A stretch of 63,584 bases of DNA, the filler included, from Perkinsus olseni (lineage: Eukaryota): NCBI GenBank assembly GCA_013115125.1. It is 6 parts of 6 records of this genome, joined end to end, with 100 filler letters (N's around TTAATTAATTAA, not from the genome) between each part and the next. Parts side by side here need not be neighbours in the genome. Positions count along the whole stretch, not along the records: positions 47,328 to 59,023 come from JABANN010000821.1; positions 59,124 to 63,584 come from JABANN010001269.1; 4 more parts are not named here. One strand, written 5' to 3'. Below the pieces are notes generated by a model, which was given only the letters and a program-made list of their open reading frames with translations, was not told the origin of the DNA and ran no database searches. Positions 51,301 to 63,584 of the stretch are shown piece after piece; position 1 is the first letter of the stretch, and the number at the start of each line of letters is the position of its first letter. The translations under genes were made by a program, and so were the position numbers.

Positions 51301-53383
51301 TATTAGCTTGGAGTATAGCGAGGAGTAAGTCACCTTCCGATGTGAATGTCATGTGCTGTCGTCGATAATTATGTTGTTAATCTTATTTCTTCCAATATCT
51401 GCGGCGAATATCGTCTCTGCTTGTAGTTGCTTTACCGTCGTCTTGTGCACATAGTCTTGGGATGGCCACCATCGTTCTGACAGTCTCTTACTTCTTCAGT
51501 CTCCGATTGCTTCTCTATCGCCATTGCTCACTATTGGAAGCATTCATGCATACACCGTACACCTATGCGGTTGCCGGATTGCACTGCGTAGGTTGGTTGT
51601 GGTGCAAATCGCACTAAGTATCTTGAAGTTTTCAGGCGAGTGGTAAACGAGATGTACTGCAATATTTCGCAGAATCTGGACTGCAGCGCGACAGCTATAA
51701 CCAAGTGTATATTTCTATCCCAGTACGGCTTCTCCCGTTGATCATCACGTGATGCGTATTGTTCTTCTACCTCAGTTGCCCATGCGACTTAATTTGATGG
51801 AGAAACTCAAGTGGGCCAAGTGAAACAAAGCGATCATGATTGACCTTTTTACGTGTTAGGAAATACGGTAACTGCCGTGGCCTGTTCGAGATGACACACT
51901 ATGACTTCTTGAGAAGAGATAACTCAGCTGCGATTCAAGATGGAGGTGATACTGCTTCCGACACTTTGGGTCTGTATCGATGTCATCTTGGGGTTCCTCG
52001 GCCGAGGGTTTCCAAAAAACCGAAGGGGACATCCGCCAGAAACGACTGAGTAGCCTTGCTTTGGGTTGATTTTCAAGGCGCCTCTTGCTGAGCGGTGAAG
52101 GTCACGAGCTCCATATTGCGGCACCGAACGCTCTTGAGAAGAGCCTCCTCTCAGGGCCATCGGCAGCCGGTCAAGTTGATCATCTCAACCTGAGTGAAAT
52201 ATCCGCCTCAGATATGGCAGTTCTTGTGTCCTCCGTGCTTGAAGCAGGAGCGTCACCGATGGGTGTGATCGCACCGGCACTCTCTGGCACTATTATTATT
52301 ATTATTATTATGTTCCTTTCTTCAGTTGACAATGAGGAGAACGAAGGTGTGCGGACAAGCTCCCAATGTCGCAGGGCGTTCTTCGATGCACTTGACATTA
52401 TCCAGAAGTGAGTAATTCGAGTGTATATCGTTTCGAAAGTGGCACTTTCAAAGTGCCATCATTGATGACGGGCCAACTTGATTTCAGCAACAATCGTGGT
52501 GGGGTTCGAACTGCCTTATTGCGCGGGCTCAACATGCTCCGTCAAGTCGTAGCTCAGGTGGGTGCATTGCTGTTCTGGGTTGGAACCTGTGTTAGTTGAC
52601 CTCGTTACCCTCGTTTAGTGGCCAAGTATCTGCTCACGTCAGGCTAAGTACATACGAGATCGCAAGATGTATAATACCTTATGCGGAGAGAATGGAAGTT
52701 TTAGGATCACTGTTCTACACGGCGTGGTCAACTCTGTCATTTAGTGAGCAAAATGTTTTTCTTCTGCTGAATTCCGTGTCGTTGTCATCAGTTCCGCAGG
52801 AGTCCTGCGTCGCTTAGCGCTATTCGTGCTCCAAATAATTCATCACAAATGCTCGTCCCGGGAGGCTGGCAGGAGCCCTCTGCCTTACATCATCTGCTGT
52901 CGGATACCCTCAGGGAATTATCTCTGTGTTGGAGTGGTAGGCCCATCGCGAGTTTGAGGAAGGTCCGCTGGGTTTCGCTTCAGATGCCCACCAGCGTATC
53001 AGAGGGAACCAGAGACAGGAGGTAAGAACCCTATGTCACGATCTAAACAAGTGTAGTATCTCCGTATCGCCACATTCAGCTCCTTCGCCACACATTTTGA
53101 CGATGCAAGTACTGAAAGCGGAGCGATGATAGAATTCAGGGCATTCGACAATTCCGTGGTGGAAGTGGAAGGAAAGGATTTCGAGGTACACATATCGCGT
53201 TACATATCGATCATGGCCTTGGTGATTAGAAATGGCGAAGTGCTCTTTACCGCCAGGCCGAAGATCTCGGGGACCATGGCGATGGGCTCGATGACGGTGG
53301 TGCTTGCTGGTGGGCGGCACGGCATATACACTGATCGTTTCTCATCAGATTCTTCCGGCGAGAGTGATGGTTCGGAGATCTAA
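48320..53383 (+). CDS. CDC45: cell division control protein 45, many exons
   Basis: VLILAATDCDGVCGAAILS, MIGCGCLEDL, IYVFDSHR-PIHLSNIY, SASDMAVLVSSVLE, AFFDALD and FDNSVVEV appear in the expected order. Confidence 0.85.
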
Positions 53384-54574
53384 ACTTTGGGACTGTCGTT
53401 AACCTACTGGCATGAACCGGTCTCAAAGCTCAGCATAGCGGGGATTTCACGTAGCCGATCCAGTTGGTGCATGTTAACGGACCCTGATCAGTCTTGATAT
53501 TTGCATAAGTATGGAACGGCTCCCGCCGCTCAGTGAGCCATCGGTTTGTCAACTGATTGCATCGCGCCAATTCGCAGTCTGAATTTCACGCCCAAGAATT
53601 AATTCAGCCCCATGTTGAGTATGGTATTGATCCTCGACTCAATGATATAGCTCGGGGTTGGCTCGATCCTTTTAGGAAATTGCTTGTTGTTCATCATTCG
53701 GCCATCATGATGTATGGGCGACGCAACCGTATGGGGCCGGTGAAAACACAGTGGAAGAATATGGCCCTTGTAAGAATAATGAGCTGTCCAACGTTGTGAG
53801 ATCTTTGGTCCTGGCAGTCGAACCGCGACACCTTCAAGGCGCATGATCTGCCTCAATACGATCGGTTCCCGGTGGAGGCAGCAACTTGCTGACAGCAAGT
53901 GCTCCCCATGTGCCACATGCTCCGGTTTTCCAGGCAGTTCCGCAACAAGGGTGAGGGGCACACTGGAGAATTCCATCCCTGCTCAGCTCAGTAACAGACG
54001 GGAGTCCCGTCTGTTGCTTAGTCCCGTCCCGTCACGGGACTTTCTGGTTTTTGTTTCAGCTGCGCGAACAGCTGCGTATGCTGCGCGGATGTTGGTGTTG
54101 GGGAGGACAAGCATAAGGCAAATGACTCTCAGCTTCAAAATGTCATATCGAAGGATGGGGAGCTGTACAGACCGCTGAAGTCCTTTCGGATGTGAGGTAC
54201 TATGGGCCATCAGTGATGGCGCATCACTGGTAGGCACTTAGTACTGGATTCAATAGCAGCATTCTCCGCGGAATAGACTGTCGTCCATTTTGGATCGTAT
54301 GTCTGATTCTGTAGGTGCTCACCTCCTTTCGTAGGGACTCGCTCGCTCGATACCGTTGTGATAGGATACTCTAGCGAGATACCTTATGCCGGCACTGCTC
54401 GAAATAGATTTGAAATGCCGATATTTCTGACATCTCAGAATGAAGATATCAGGGATTATATCGCTATCCCACACAATTCTGGATATCAGTAGATTCTCAA
54501 GCGAGGCTCCTTGTGTTCTAGTAAGTTGATTCTGTAAATGACACTCGGGAGAGGGATGCAGTTCATTTGTTATC

Positions 54575-56900
54575 ATGCCTTCCACCAAGAGGGGGAAGAA
54601 ACCTAGAAGCTGGCATACAGATAAAGGGAATGCGAAGCGTAAACTTGATGTGCTCATCGACTACACGAAAGCCAAGATTCAGAAATTAGAGCGCGATATA
54701 GCTGAGGAGTTGCCAGGAGGGATGTGTGTGGCTCTGCTCGAGCGGTGGTGCTTACTCATCAGCCAGAGTGGCATCCTTCAAGGGCCCTACGGCTTGTGGA
54801 TTCGAAGGTCCGATATCTCAACGGCTGCAGCGGCTGCAAAGAAGTTATCCCCGGAGCATTGGAGCTGGTTCCAGACGAACGGCGTGATGTGCTCGTCTAG
54901 CAAGGCGAGAGATAGAGCAGATACCAGGAATAATGCGATTGAGTCTGCCATGGTCGACGAGGTAACAAAGATTCTTTATCTACGAATTGTCTCGGTCTCG
55001 ACTCCTTCAATCGTTCTTCAGGAAAAGAGTCGGACGAGTTCGCTGCCGGTGTCAACGCGAACTGATGTGGAGCACAGAAGAAAGAGAATGGAGGCAGTGG
55101 AATCAACGCTTAAGGATCTGCTTGCCGAGCAGGAATATCGAGACGGTCAGTTGGATCCAGTCCCACAAGTAAGCTTCGACCGCTCGGCGTGGCCGCTGAC
55201 TATCACGGATAGGCAATTCTTCCACCGAATCCACTCGAAGGCGCGCCGGCCGCAGGACCCACTGTCGAGGAGGTGAAGCGCACAGCCATCCTACACCCCC
55301 TCAAATCTTCGTTGCCAGGCTATCGAGGGAGGAGGTTCTGCTTGCTGCTTGCCGGCGAATGGTGCTGATTCCTACTCTGATCATATCGCAACTGATGCCC
55401 TGAAGATCAATCCACATGTCGACTCGGAGCAATCCAGCAGCAGCCTGGCTCACGAGGTCGAGGCGGGATACTTATTTGCCACAGCACCCCTATCGCCCGT
55501 TTCTGTGCTCGATTATTCTCCGTCTCGCCGTCTGTCTATTTACGGGAGGTCAGACTTTTCGTGGTAGGTGCTCGACCGAGAATGCAGTGATGGCTTCCCA
55601 ACCATCTGCAGTTTACACTTCCCCACTTACTACAGGACTGTATTATACCAATTCAAGAAGCACTATCAATTTATAGCCGGCAGTTGGCGTAGACAGCACA
55701 ACTCCTTTCAGACTAGATGAGGCTCTATCGCTGTTCCGAAAACGTAATCGGACGCCGTATTACTTACTGCTCAGAGCAATTGTTGAGCGAAAGAGTAGGA
55801 AGCGATTCACCGAGGTAGGCCAACTCTCGAACCGATCGGTTCAGTGCTGCAGTGGGTATGACTCATACCGTATGAGAGAGGTGTTTCAGGGCCGACTTCT
55901 CCAAGTCGTCTTCGCAGCGAAAGGACTTCTTGACCTTGGATGGATAGAAGAGAAGTGCACCATGAACTCGAAAGGAGCTAGCTCGCTCAGGCAGCTTGTG
56001 GTGATACAGAAGGATCCCTCCGGTGAGAGGTTGAAACGCGTCAGGAGATTCAGCGTGATGACAGGCTTGGCGGTGGCTGAGCGAGGCAGTTCAGAGGAGG
56101 CTTTGAAGAGAGTGGCAATTGTGGAAGGCAAGCTGAAGCAACTCCTGACTACACGAGTAGGTGCCAAGAGACGCTCGGCAAGCGCATGGGTGAGTTTTGC
56201 TGATGTTTCACACTTCTCAGGTAGGGCCTCGTCGCCGGACAAAGGAATTCGTCTCCGACCTTCCAAGTCAAATACCCCAGGTAACCCAAGAAACCGATCG
56301 CATTGGATGCTCACCACGCCACGTAGGCTCAATTGCCACCCAACCCTTTCGAGACCCTAAGCTCGTCTCGCACGGACCACGCTGACATTGTTCCCGAAGT
56401 GCCATCCTCGGCTTTGAACATCAACCAACCAACTACCACGTCCGTCTCCATCGCCGTTCCGACATCAGACGAGAATGCCGAGGAGGACGCCTCGACAGTC
56501 GAAGAAGAACAGGTCACAGGGGAAATTTCTGTTCAAGGTGAGAGGGTTTTCGCCGATGTTTCACTGATCTCGGCACCTGACCAGCAGTTGAATATCGCTG
56601 AGTTGAACTAGTGCGTTGGCAGGACTCCCGCTCGCTGGAGTGCTCGACGCAGAGGAAAGGCTCAGGAGGGCAGCAGTTGTTCAGAGGGCGCTCGACGATC
56701 TCCGGAATGCGCAGGTAGGAGCTTCGCAGCCTCCCACTGGTAGGCTGTGAGGCGCGTCACACTTCTCAGGGGCGGTCAGTAAAAGATCCTAAGGAATCTG
56801 CCGAGCGTCAGGTGGATACGGCTCAACAGGTGGGTTAGAAGGACGATCTGAGTAAGCTTGATTACTCATCAACCTATTCTAGGTTTCGGACGCCGCTCCC
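54575..56900 (+). CDS. hypothetical exons, probably the N-terminal part of the downstream SET-domain gene
   Basis: Series of + ORFs with GT-AG borders; the SET ORF starts directly after a CAG acceptor. Confidence 0.4.
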
Positions 56901-56978
56901 GGGCTCGAGCTAGACAGGAGTCCACCGAGACTTGAAGCTCACAACCTGTCTACTAACTTCCCGAAATGCCCGGCTCAG

Positions 56979-57842
56979 TTGGTTCTCGTCGAAGGACTCT
57001 CGGCCACTCATCTAATCATGGCGGAATGTGGGTCTCTGAGCACTGAGGATGGAGTGCACTGGGGAGTGTGGTGGCCGTCATCACACAAATGCTTAGTGGT
57101 GGAACGCTCTGAGGATCAATGTAGAGTGATTTTCGAGTGGCGAGGAACACGAACCCACAGAAGCCTGTGGGCGTCCGCGTGCAAGAGGTTTGGCGCGCTG
57201 GTGAAGCCGGGTGAACGTGGCGATCTGGCTGCAGCCGAGTGCAGAGAATTGAGAAGGGCCATGCGAGATGAGACGGCTTCGACGTCTAGGTCTGTGCTAC
57301 CACTGTGGGGTAGTCGCACCCGCCAAACTGTAATGAGCCTGCCACCTAGTCCCCTAGATCGTATCCATCGGCCTTTTCTAGAAGCTATGGGGCTTCGAGT
57401 AGTGCGTCATGAAGTCTGTGGTCGGGTTCTTGTGGCCTCTCGGGTGTTCGAGCAAGGGGAGTGTATCATCTTCTCAAAAATTTCGAAGTACTGGGTTACC
57501 AGAGCAGGAGTACCTGAGGAATTTCTCCGCCGTGATCACCCAGAAGACTCCTACTTACTGATGGCAACAGCCGGCAGTGACCGCCTATCGGTGTACTACA
57601 ACTCTGAATTTGATTTGGCGGACCCGGTCGGCAGCGGAGACTTGTGGTATTTGGTGAATCACTCTGATCGCCCTAACACTCGGTTTCATGGCCTGAGAGA
57701 TGGTGTCGCTGTGAGGGCGATCAGGGAGATCTCGCGAGGGGAGCCGATCACTTGGCGGTACCCGTTGGAGTACTTCGGCGATGACGAATCCGTGGTTTCT
57801 TTACCAAGAGTCATAAACGTGAGGGATGTTTCTTTCCCCTAG
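56979..57842 (+). CDS. SET-domain protein (terminal exon)
   Basis: GRVLVASRVFEQGECI, YLVNHSDRPN and AIREISRGEPITWRY are SET motifs. Confidence 0.88.
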   Translation: MVLVEGLSATHLIMAECGSLSTEDGVHWGVWWPSSHKCLVVERSEDQCRVIFEWRGTRTHRSLWASACKRFGALVKPGERGDLAAAECRELRRAMRDETASTSRSVLPLWGSRTRQTVMSLPPSPLDRIHRPFLEAMGLRVVRHEVCGRVLVASRVFEQGECIIFSKISKYWVTRAGVPEEFLRRDHPEDSYLLMATAGSDRLSVYYNSEFDLADPVGSGDLWYLVNHSDRPNTRFHGLRDGVAVRAIREISRGEPITWRYPLEYFGDDESVVSLPRVINVRDVSFP

Positions 57843-58058
57843 TCGGATTCAATCATTGCCCATTGTGTCCGGATTCAATCATCGCCCAGCCCCGTCCGGA
57901 GTGGACCGTCCACTGTTGACGGGAGCTACGCGATACTAGATCTGGTCGCTATTTGGGCGATCATACTCACGCTTCTGCACGTCTTTTTCCTCGACCATGT
58001 ACAGTTGTGTTTCACGGTTTTGGAGATGGGTACATGATTAGCGTAGAGAATTACGCTC

Positions 58059-58430
58059 ATGACAGTTCTGATCCTCGATTCTCAGTTCAGTGATGTTAAA
58101 CATCACTGGAACCAGGACCTGGTTACCAGGTTGATTCCTCTCAATAAAACATGTACGGCTGATGAAGACAGCATCGACTGGATCGTCACGGACATGCCGT
58201 TTGGGAACTGTAGAGAGCCCAAGAAGGCGGACGTGTCTCGCGTACTCCACGCCGTGAGTGTTGTTTTGAAGCCTGAGACTGGTCGCTGTGAACAGTTCAC
58301 AGTGAACTACTCAGCAGAGGCTACAAGCGGCTCGATGCAGCAGCTGCAGGAGTGGATGGTAATGAATATGGAACATTGTTATATTTACATCAACTACCAC
58401 CGCTACCATCGCCGCTTTCGGCAACCATAA
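58059..58430 (+). CDS. fragment of an amino-methyltransferase of the UPF0020/THUMPD/Trm11 type
   Basis: DSIDWIVTDMPFG (motif IV-like), then VLKPETGRC; no SAM-binding motif I seen. Confidence 0.5.
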   Translation: MTVLILDSQFSDVKHHWNQDLVTRLIPLNKTCTADEDSIDWIVTDMPFGNCREPKKADVSRVLHAVSVVLKPETGRCEQFTVNYSAEATSGSMQQLQEWMVMNMEHCYIYINYHRYHRRFRQP

Positions 58431-58629
58431 TCGTCTTGGGTTGTTAGTTATCAGCGGGAGGGGATGGGGTGTACGTGCGGATTCTAGGGAAAAACTGGTG
58501 TGAACGCCCCTGGTGCAATGCTTCTCAATCATGCTCGCCTTGTGTTGGCCGCCATCTCGGAGAAACACAGGGAACTTCCAGTCGTTGCTCTTGTAGTTCG
58601 CTTCATATGTAATCATACCAGACTCACGG

Positions 58630-59023
58630 ATGGTCATAGATCTCACAACGCCAGACAAGTCTTCGAACAGTGAAAGTGGGGATCCAGCCTCGCATACACG
58701 GCCTGAAGTTGGTGAGTCAGATACCACGGTGCCACGTCGTCCGAAGAATTATGTCCGCGAGCTCGAAGCGAAGTTCCCCGATGAGAGCAGCGCTAGAAAA
58801 GCAATGGAAGAATTCGCGGGCTGTTCTATGCGATCGAAGGGCGGCGAATATTGCATCAAAGGAGGCGCTCGCATACGAAGATATGTTTGTACTTTCGCCA
58901 ACAAGAGAGGCTGGACGTCGTGTGACTTCGCGGCGAGAACGGTACAGAGTCCTCGAAGCGGCCGGTTCACGGTGGAGGCGGTGAGCGCTCCCCATCTGCC
59001 ACACACTCGGCTGTTCCAGGCAT
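58630..59023 (+). CDS. WRKY/GCM1 (FAR1-like) zinc finger, typical of MULE transposase N-termini; truncated by the gap
   Basis: RRYVCTF...SCDFAARTV...FTVEAVSAPHLPH gives C-C-H-H spacing. Confidence 0.55.
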
Positions 59024-59123
59024 NNNNNNNNNNNNNNNNNNNNNNNNNNNNNNNNNNNNNNNNNNNNTTAATTAATTAANNNNNNNNNNNNNNNNNNNNN
59101 NNNNNNNNNNNNNNNNNNNNNNN

Positions 59124-62100
59124 ATAGTAATTATAGTGTTAATATATAGTTTAAATAATATAATATATCCATAATATACTGATTACTATCTCCATGCTGC
59201 CGCTATAATATAAATAGGTTATATACATATTGCAAGGTATACTATTAACTATATCTATAATACCATATATTAAGGATTAGTAAATATTAATAAAATATAT
59301 ATCATATATACCCATGTGCATAGGTTTATTAATTATATTACTATATCTATATTATATTAGCACATGGGGTATTATTAAATATATATTAATAACATATAGT
59401 TAGATTATCTCTATAGTATATATATAGCCATTAGGTATAAATATCTATCATATGGTTAATATACATATATATCTGTATATTATTATCATGAATATATAAT
59501 GTATTATCTATATTCTATTAAATAAGTATATATTTTTATCTATTAATAACCTCTATATAATATTATAATAACTACTATTAATAAAGATCTGTATTTATAT
59601 ATATATTTAACCATATATTTATTGGTATAATAATATACCTTATACTCTATAGATATACTATTAGTGATATTTATATATATATAATTAAGGATATTATACT
59701 CACTATTAATATTTATATCTAATATTTTGGTATTACTTATATACACCTTATTATACCAACTAGTAATCTTATTTAATGATATTATATTACTATGGAGACT
59801 ATTATTAACTAGTATTTATTAGGTATTATTTTATACTAACTACTATATTATATCATTATACTATATATTATCTCCATAGACTTACATGTTATTATACTCT
59901 ATAGGGATGAAATTATATTATATACTACTATTTTATTAATACACAACATCATTTATACCCAATATTAGGTATTATTAAATATATTATAGATTTATATATA
60001 ACTTATTATATTATCTTATATTTATATTATATTATATATGTATGGTAATTATGGCTATCTTTATATTATATTAAGTATATCTATATTATATATCTTATAA
60101 ATATATGTACTATCTATATGGTATAATATTAATAAAGATATAATATTAAATAAAGGTATATGGTATAATTATAATATTAATAACCCATACATTATTATAT
60201 ATAGATTTATAGTTAATAGTTTAATAAGTTAATATTATATATATATGTATTATTACTATATTATAAATATCTTATGTTAATATCCATGTAATACTATATT
60301 ATAATAAATAATATCAGAGTGCCTATATAAATATAATATTATGATAGTATATAAAGTATTAAATAATAATAAACCAATATATATTATATCATCTAGAGGA
60401 CCATGTATATTATATTCTATTATTATATATATTACTAACTAGTATTAATATTAATCATAATAGATATATACCCTCTTTTAACCCTATAGATTTATACTAT
60501 CATATATACTTAGTTAGATATAAATATTACTATATATACACTATAGATTTATAATAGATTACCTATTAATATTAGATTATTTATATATATACATTGAGGA
60601 TATCTTATAATATGGAGATTAGCCCCTGGTTATAAATATAGATATAATATGGTATATAATATAATATAGTGCCCAATGCTATAATAAATTAATATATATA
60701 AATAGTGCATTGGGCTATAAATATAAATATAATATATATTAGTAAATAATAGTATTAATATGAATATTTATAAAGAAGTATATATTAGAATATTATATGT
60801 AATATAAATGAAAGTATAATAAATATTAGTATAATATATATAAGAATTATTTCTATTAATAATAAATAGATTATCATATTATAAGCTATCTTAATATATA
60901 ATTATTATATAATTACGGTATTGATATATTATGACATAGAGATATTTATTAATAGAGAATATAGATATATGAATATAATAAATATATAGTAATATCGGGT
61001 ATAAATATAATATAACGATATCTAATAGTAACCGTATTTATAACGATCATGATATTGTAGTTTACCATAGATATATATAATATTGATTAAATTATTAATA
61101 GTGTTATATTGTTATTTATCATATGATATTATATACAATACTATGATATTATATAAGATTAAATATGGTATAAATCTAGTTATAATATTAGTATATTTAT
61201 TATTATAAAGAGGGCCTAGTATTAAATATATATATTACAATATAAATATCTAGGGTATAATATATGTATTATAACTATGGAGATATGATATGGTATAATA
61301 TATTCTAGTAATATATATATAATAAGTTAACCATATAATAATAGATAGTCTATATTAGATTATAATAAATATACATAGATATCCATGGGTCATTAACATA
61401 TTAAAGTATATATTCTTATTATAATATAGACCCATGGTATAAATATATATAATTCTATCATTATAATTAGTATAAGTTAACATATAATCTATAGTATATC
61501 CCAGGTATATATAATATTGTATGGTGGGGTAATATCATAATATAATATAATAGATTAAAGATACATATATAATATATTAGAATTAGATAGGTAATATAAT
61601 ATCCTTATTGATAGTGCCCTGTAATATATTATCATACTAATAATAATGTCCATATCTATATAATTATAATTAAGGCATTATATTATTATCTATCGATATT
61701 AACGAGTTTATGATATTATTTCAATCTATTATATTTTATTATAAATTATATTAATAATGGTATATATTAATATCTATCAATATCATACCTTAGTAAATAC
61801 CACAATATAGTATATGTTATAATATGATCTATAATATGCATAAACTATATAATTATAATATTATCATATATGTACTGTGATCATTAGTTATTATTTATAT
61901 TATTATATTTATTTATATTAGATCACAGTACTTTATATCCATATATAATATAATACCCTACTTTATGGCCCTCTATCTATAAATATAGGATATATAATAT
62001 AATTACTTTATGCACCTCATCCATATAATTATTAATAAATTATGAGGTGCTATATGATATGATAATAATATTTATATTAATAGATTACTGATAAATATAT

Positions 62101-63584
62101 ATAATTATATATAGTGTTGGTTATCATAAAATAATATATATTAGGTATATTTACCTATAGTAATAAATCTATAATATAATAAATAGGCATATTAAATTAC
62201 ATATAATCAATAAGTATACCATTATATATATAAATATAATATGATAGATAAAGGTAGGTATATATAGTTAATATAATATATTATTGGGATATATATCTTT
62301 ATTAATCTAGTTAGTAATACTATATATATAATTACTTTATATTACTTTATATTTATAATAGATATTACTTTATACTAACTATTATATACTAACTATTAAT
62401 ATATGTATATAAATAGTATCTAATATATAATTAAGGTTTTATCTATCTATAATATATAGTTATACTTAATTAATAATATAATATTTATTATTAGTTTATC
62501 TATGGGGTTTATATTACTATTTATACTATGGAGTGTATATTATTATAAGTTAATGATATATTTAATAGTTAGTTTATGATATCTTTAATAGGACCTAGTA
62601 TTACTTAATATATATTTATAGATAATTAACTATCTCTTTAGATTACCTTTATATAATATATATTATTAAATATTACCTTAATATCATAATATGGAATTTA
62701 ACACCTTAAATATATAGATGGATAAAATATAATAATAACGACTATAATAAGATATAATATATTTACTAATCTATGGTTATTCCTATTACTATATCAATAT
62801 TATGGGGTTTATATGATAATTATATAATATTAAGTATATATTAATAAGGGGATTAATAATGTAATATATATATAAATAACTATACTTTACTATAAATATA
62901 TATATACCAGCCATACACTATTATTATATTATATTAACTTATCAATAATGGCTGGTATTAACATATCATAACATAATATTATTCTATAGGATATCTATTA
63001 TAAATATCTTAACTATATTAATCTAATACAATACCTAATATATATATATATAAACCATTATATAGTAATATTATATTATAGGTCTCCATAGTATATACTA
63101 TAGTTAATAATGTAATAATATGGTAATAATACAATAAAATAGATATATTTATAATTATATGCCCTATAGATATTGATATGGTAAGTTAATATATAATAAT
63201 AAATACATATACTAGATATCTTAATATTAGGGTATATATATTATAATATAATAAAGTCCTTAACATATATATTACCTTATATTGATATACTAATACTTTA
63301 TATTGATATTAATATAATAATTATATATAGATATAGTTAATAGTATACCTTAATAATAATATAGTAATTATGTAATATTAGGTATTAGATGGGCATTTAT
63401 ATATATAATACTATACCTTTAGATAAACTATTATAATATTATTAAATTATTAGTAAAAGATAAGATATATGGCATATAAATATAAATAGTTTTAATTAAA
63501 TATATAAAGTATAATACCCTATAAATTACTTATTATTATATACTGTATACCATAATATTAGATATTAAATTATATAGGTATTTA
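59124..63584. other. extremely AT-rich contig, probable mitochondrial DNA
   Basis: Roughly 80% A+T by eye versus about 50% elsewhere; no long ORF; many short GC-rich inverted repeats. No cox1, cox3, cob or rRNA fragment could be recognised. Confidence 0.7.

Noticed and set aside
57892-57945. Helitron 3' end (hairpin plus CTAG)
   Set aside because: CTAG is followed by A rather than T, and no matching 5' end or RepHel is seen.
59543-59746. ORF, cox/cob genes or rRNA fragments in the AT-rich contig
   Set aside because: No HPEVY, PEWY or convincing rRNA core sequence found by eye, even allowing frameshifts.

Overview
This window is not one locus. It is six unrelated contigs joined by artificial 100-nt N/TTAATTAATTAA/N linkers; the four complete ones are about 11.7 kb and sorted by decreasing length. 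Gene content, short GT-AG introns and an extremely AT-rich last contig point to an alveolate, most likely Perkinsus (my inference; no database search was possible). Contig 1 (1-11736) has a tRNA cluster with a long hairpin spacer, a voltage-sensor/adenylyl-cyclase fusion that has lost its catalytic residues, pICln, a HIT-like protein and a FAM136A-like gene. Contig 2 (11837-23568) has a Cys-rich secreted protein, a MAP3K, a Mutator-like MITE with a 10-bp TSD and a gag-like retroelement. The ~2.9-kb leader of that retroelement is the main finding: it holds two tandem arrays of RNA motifs with covarying stems (seven double-hairpin units with CUUGG loops, then four units just before the gag ATG) plus a large cloverleaf. 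Contig 3 has two paralogous secreted proteins and mitochondrial uS17. Contig 4 has a beta-propeller/mucin, an ERGIC-53-like lectin and a Mei2-like RRM/PAM2 protein. Contig 5 has CDC45, a SET-domain gene, a methyltransferase fragment and a MULE-type zinc finger. Contig 6 (59124-end) is probable mitochondrial DNA with many GC-rich inverted repeats. Boundaries of spliced genes are approximate.
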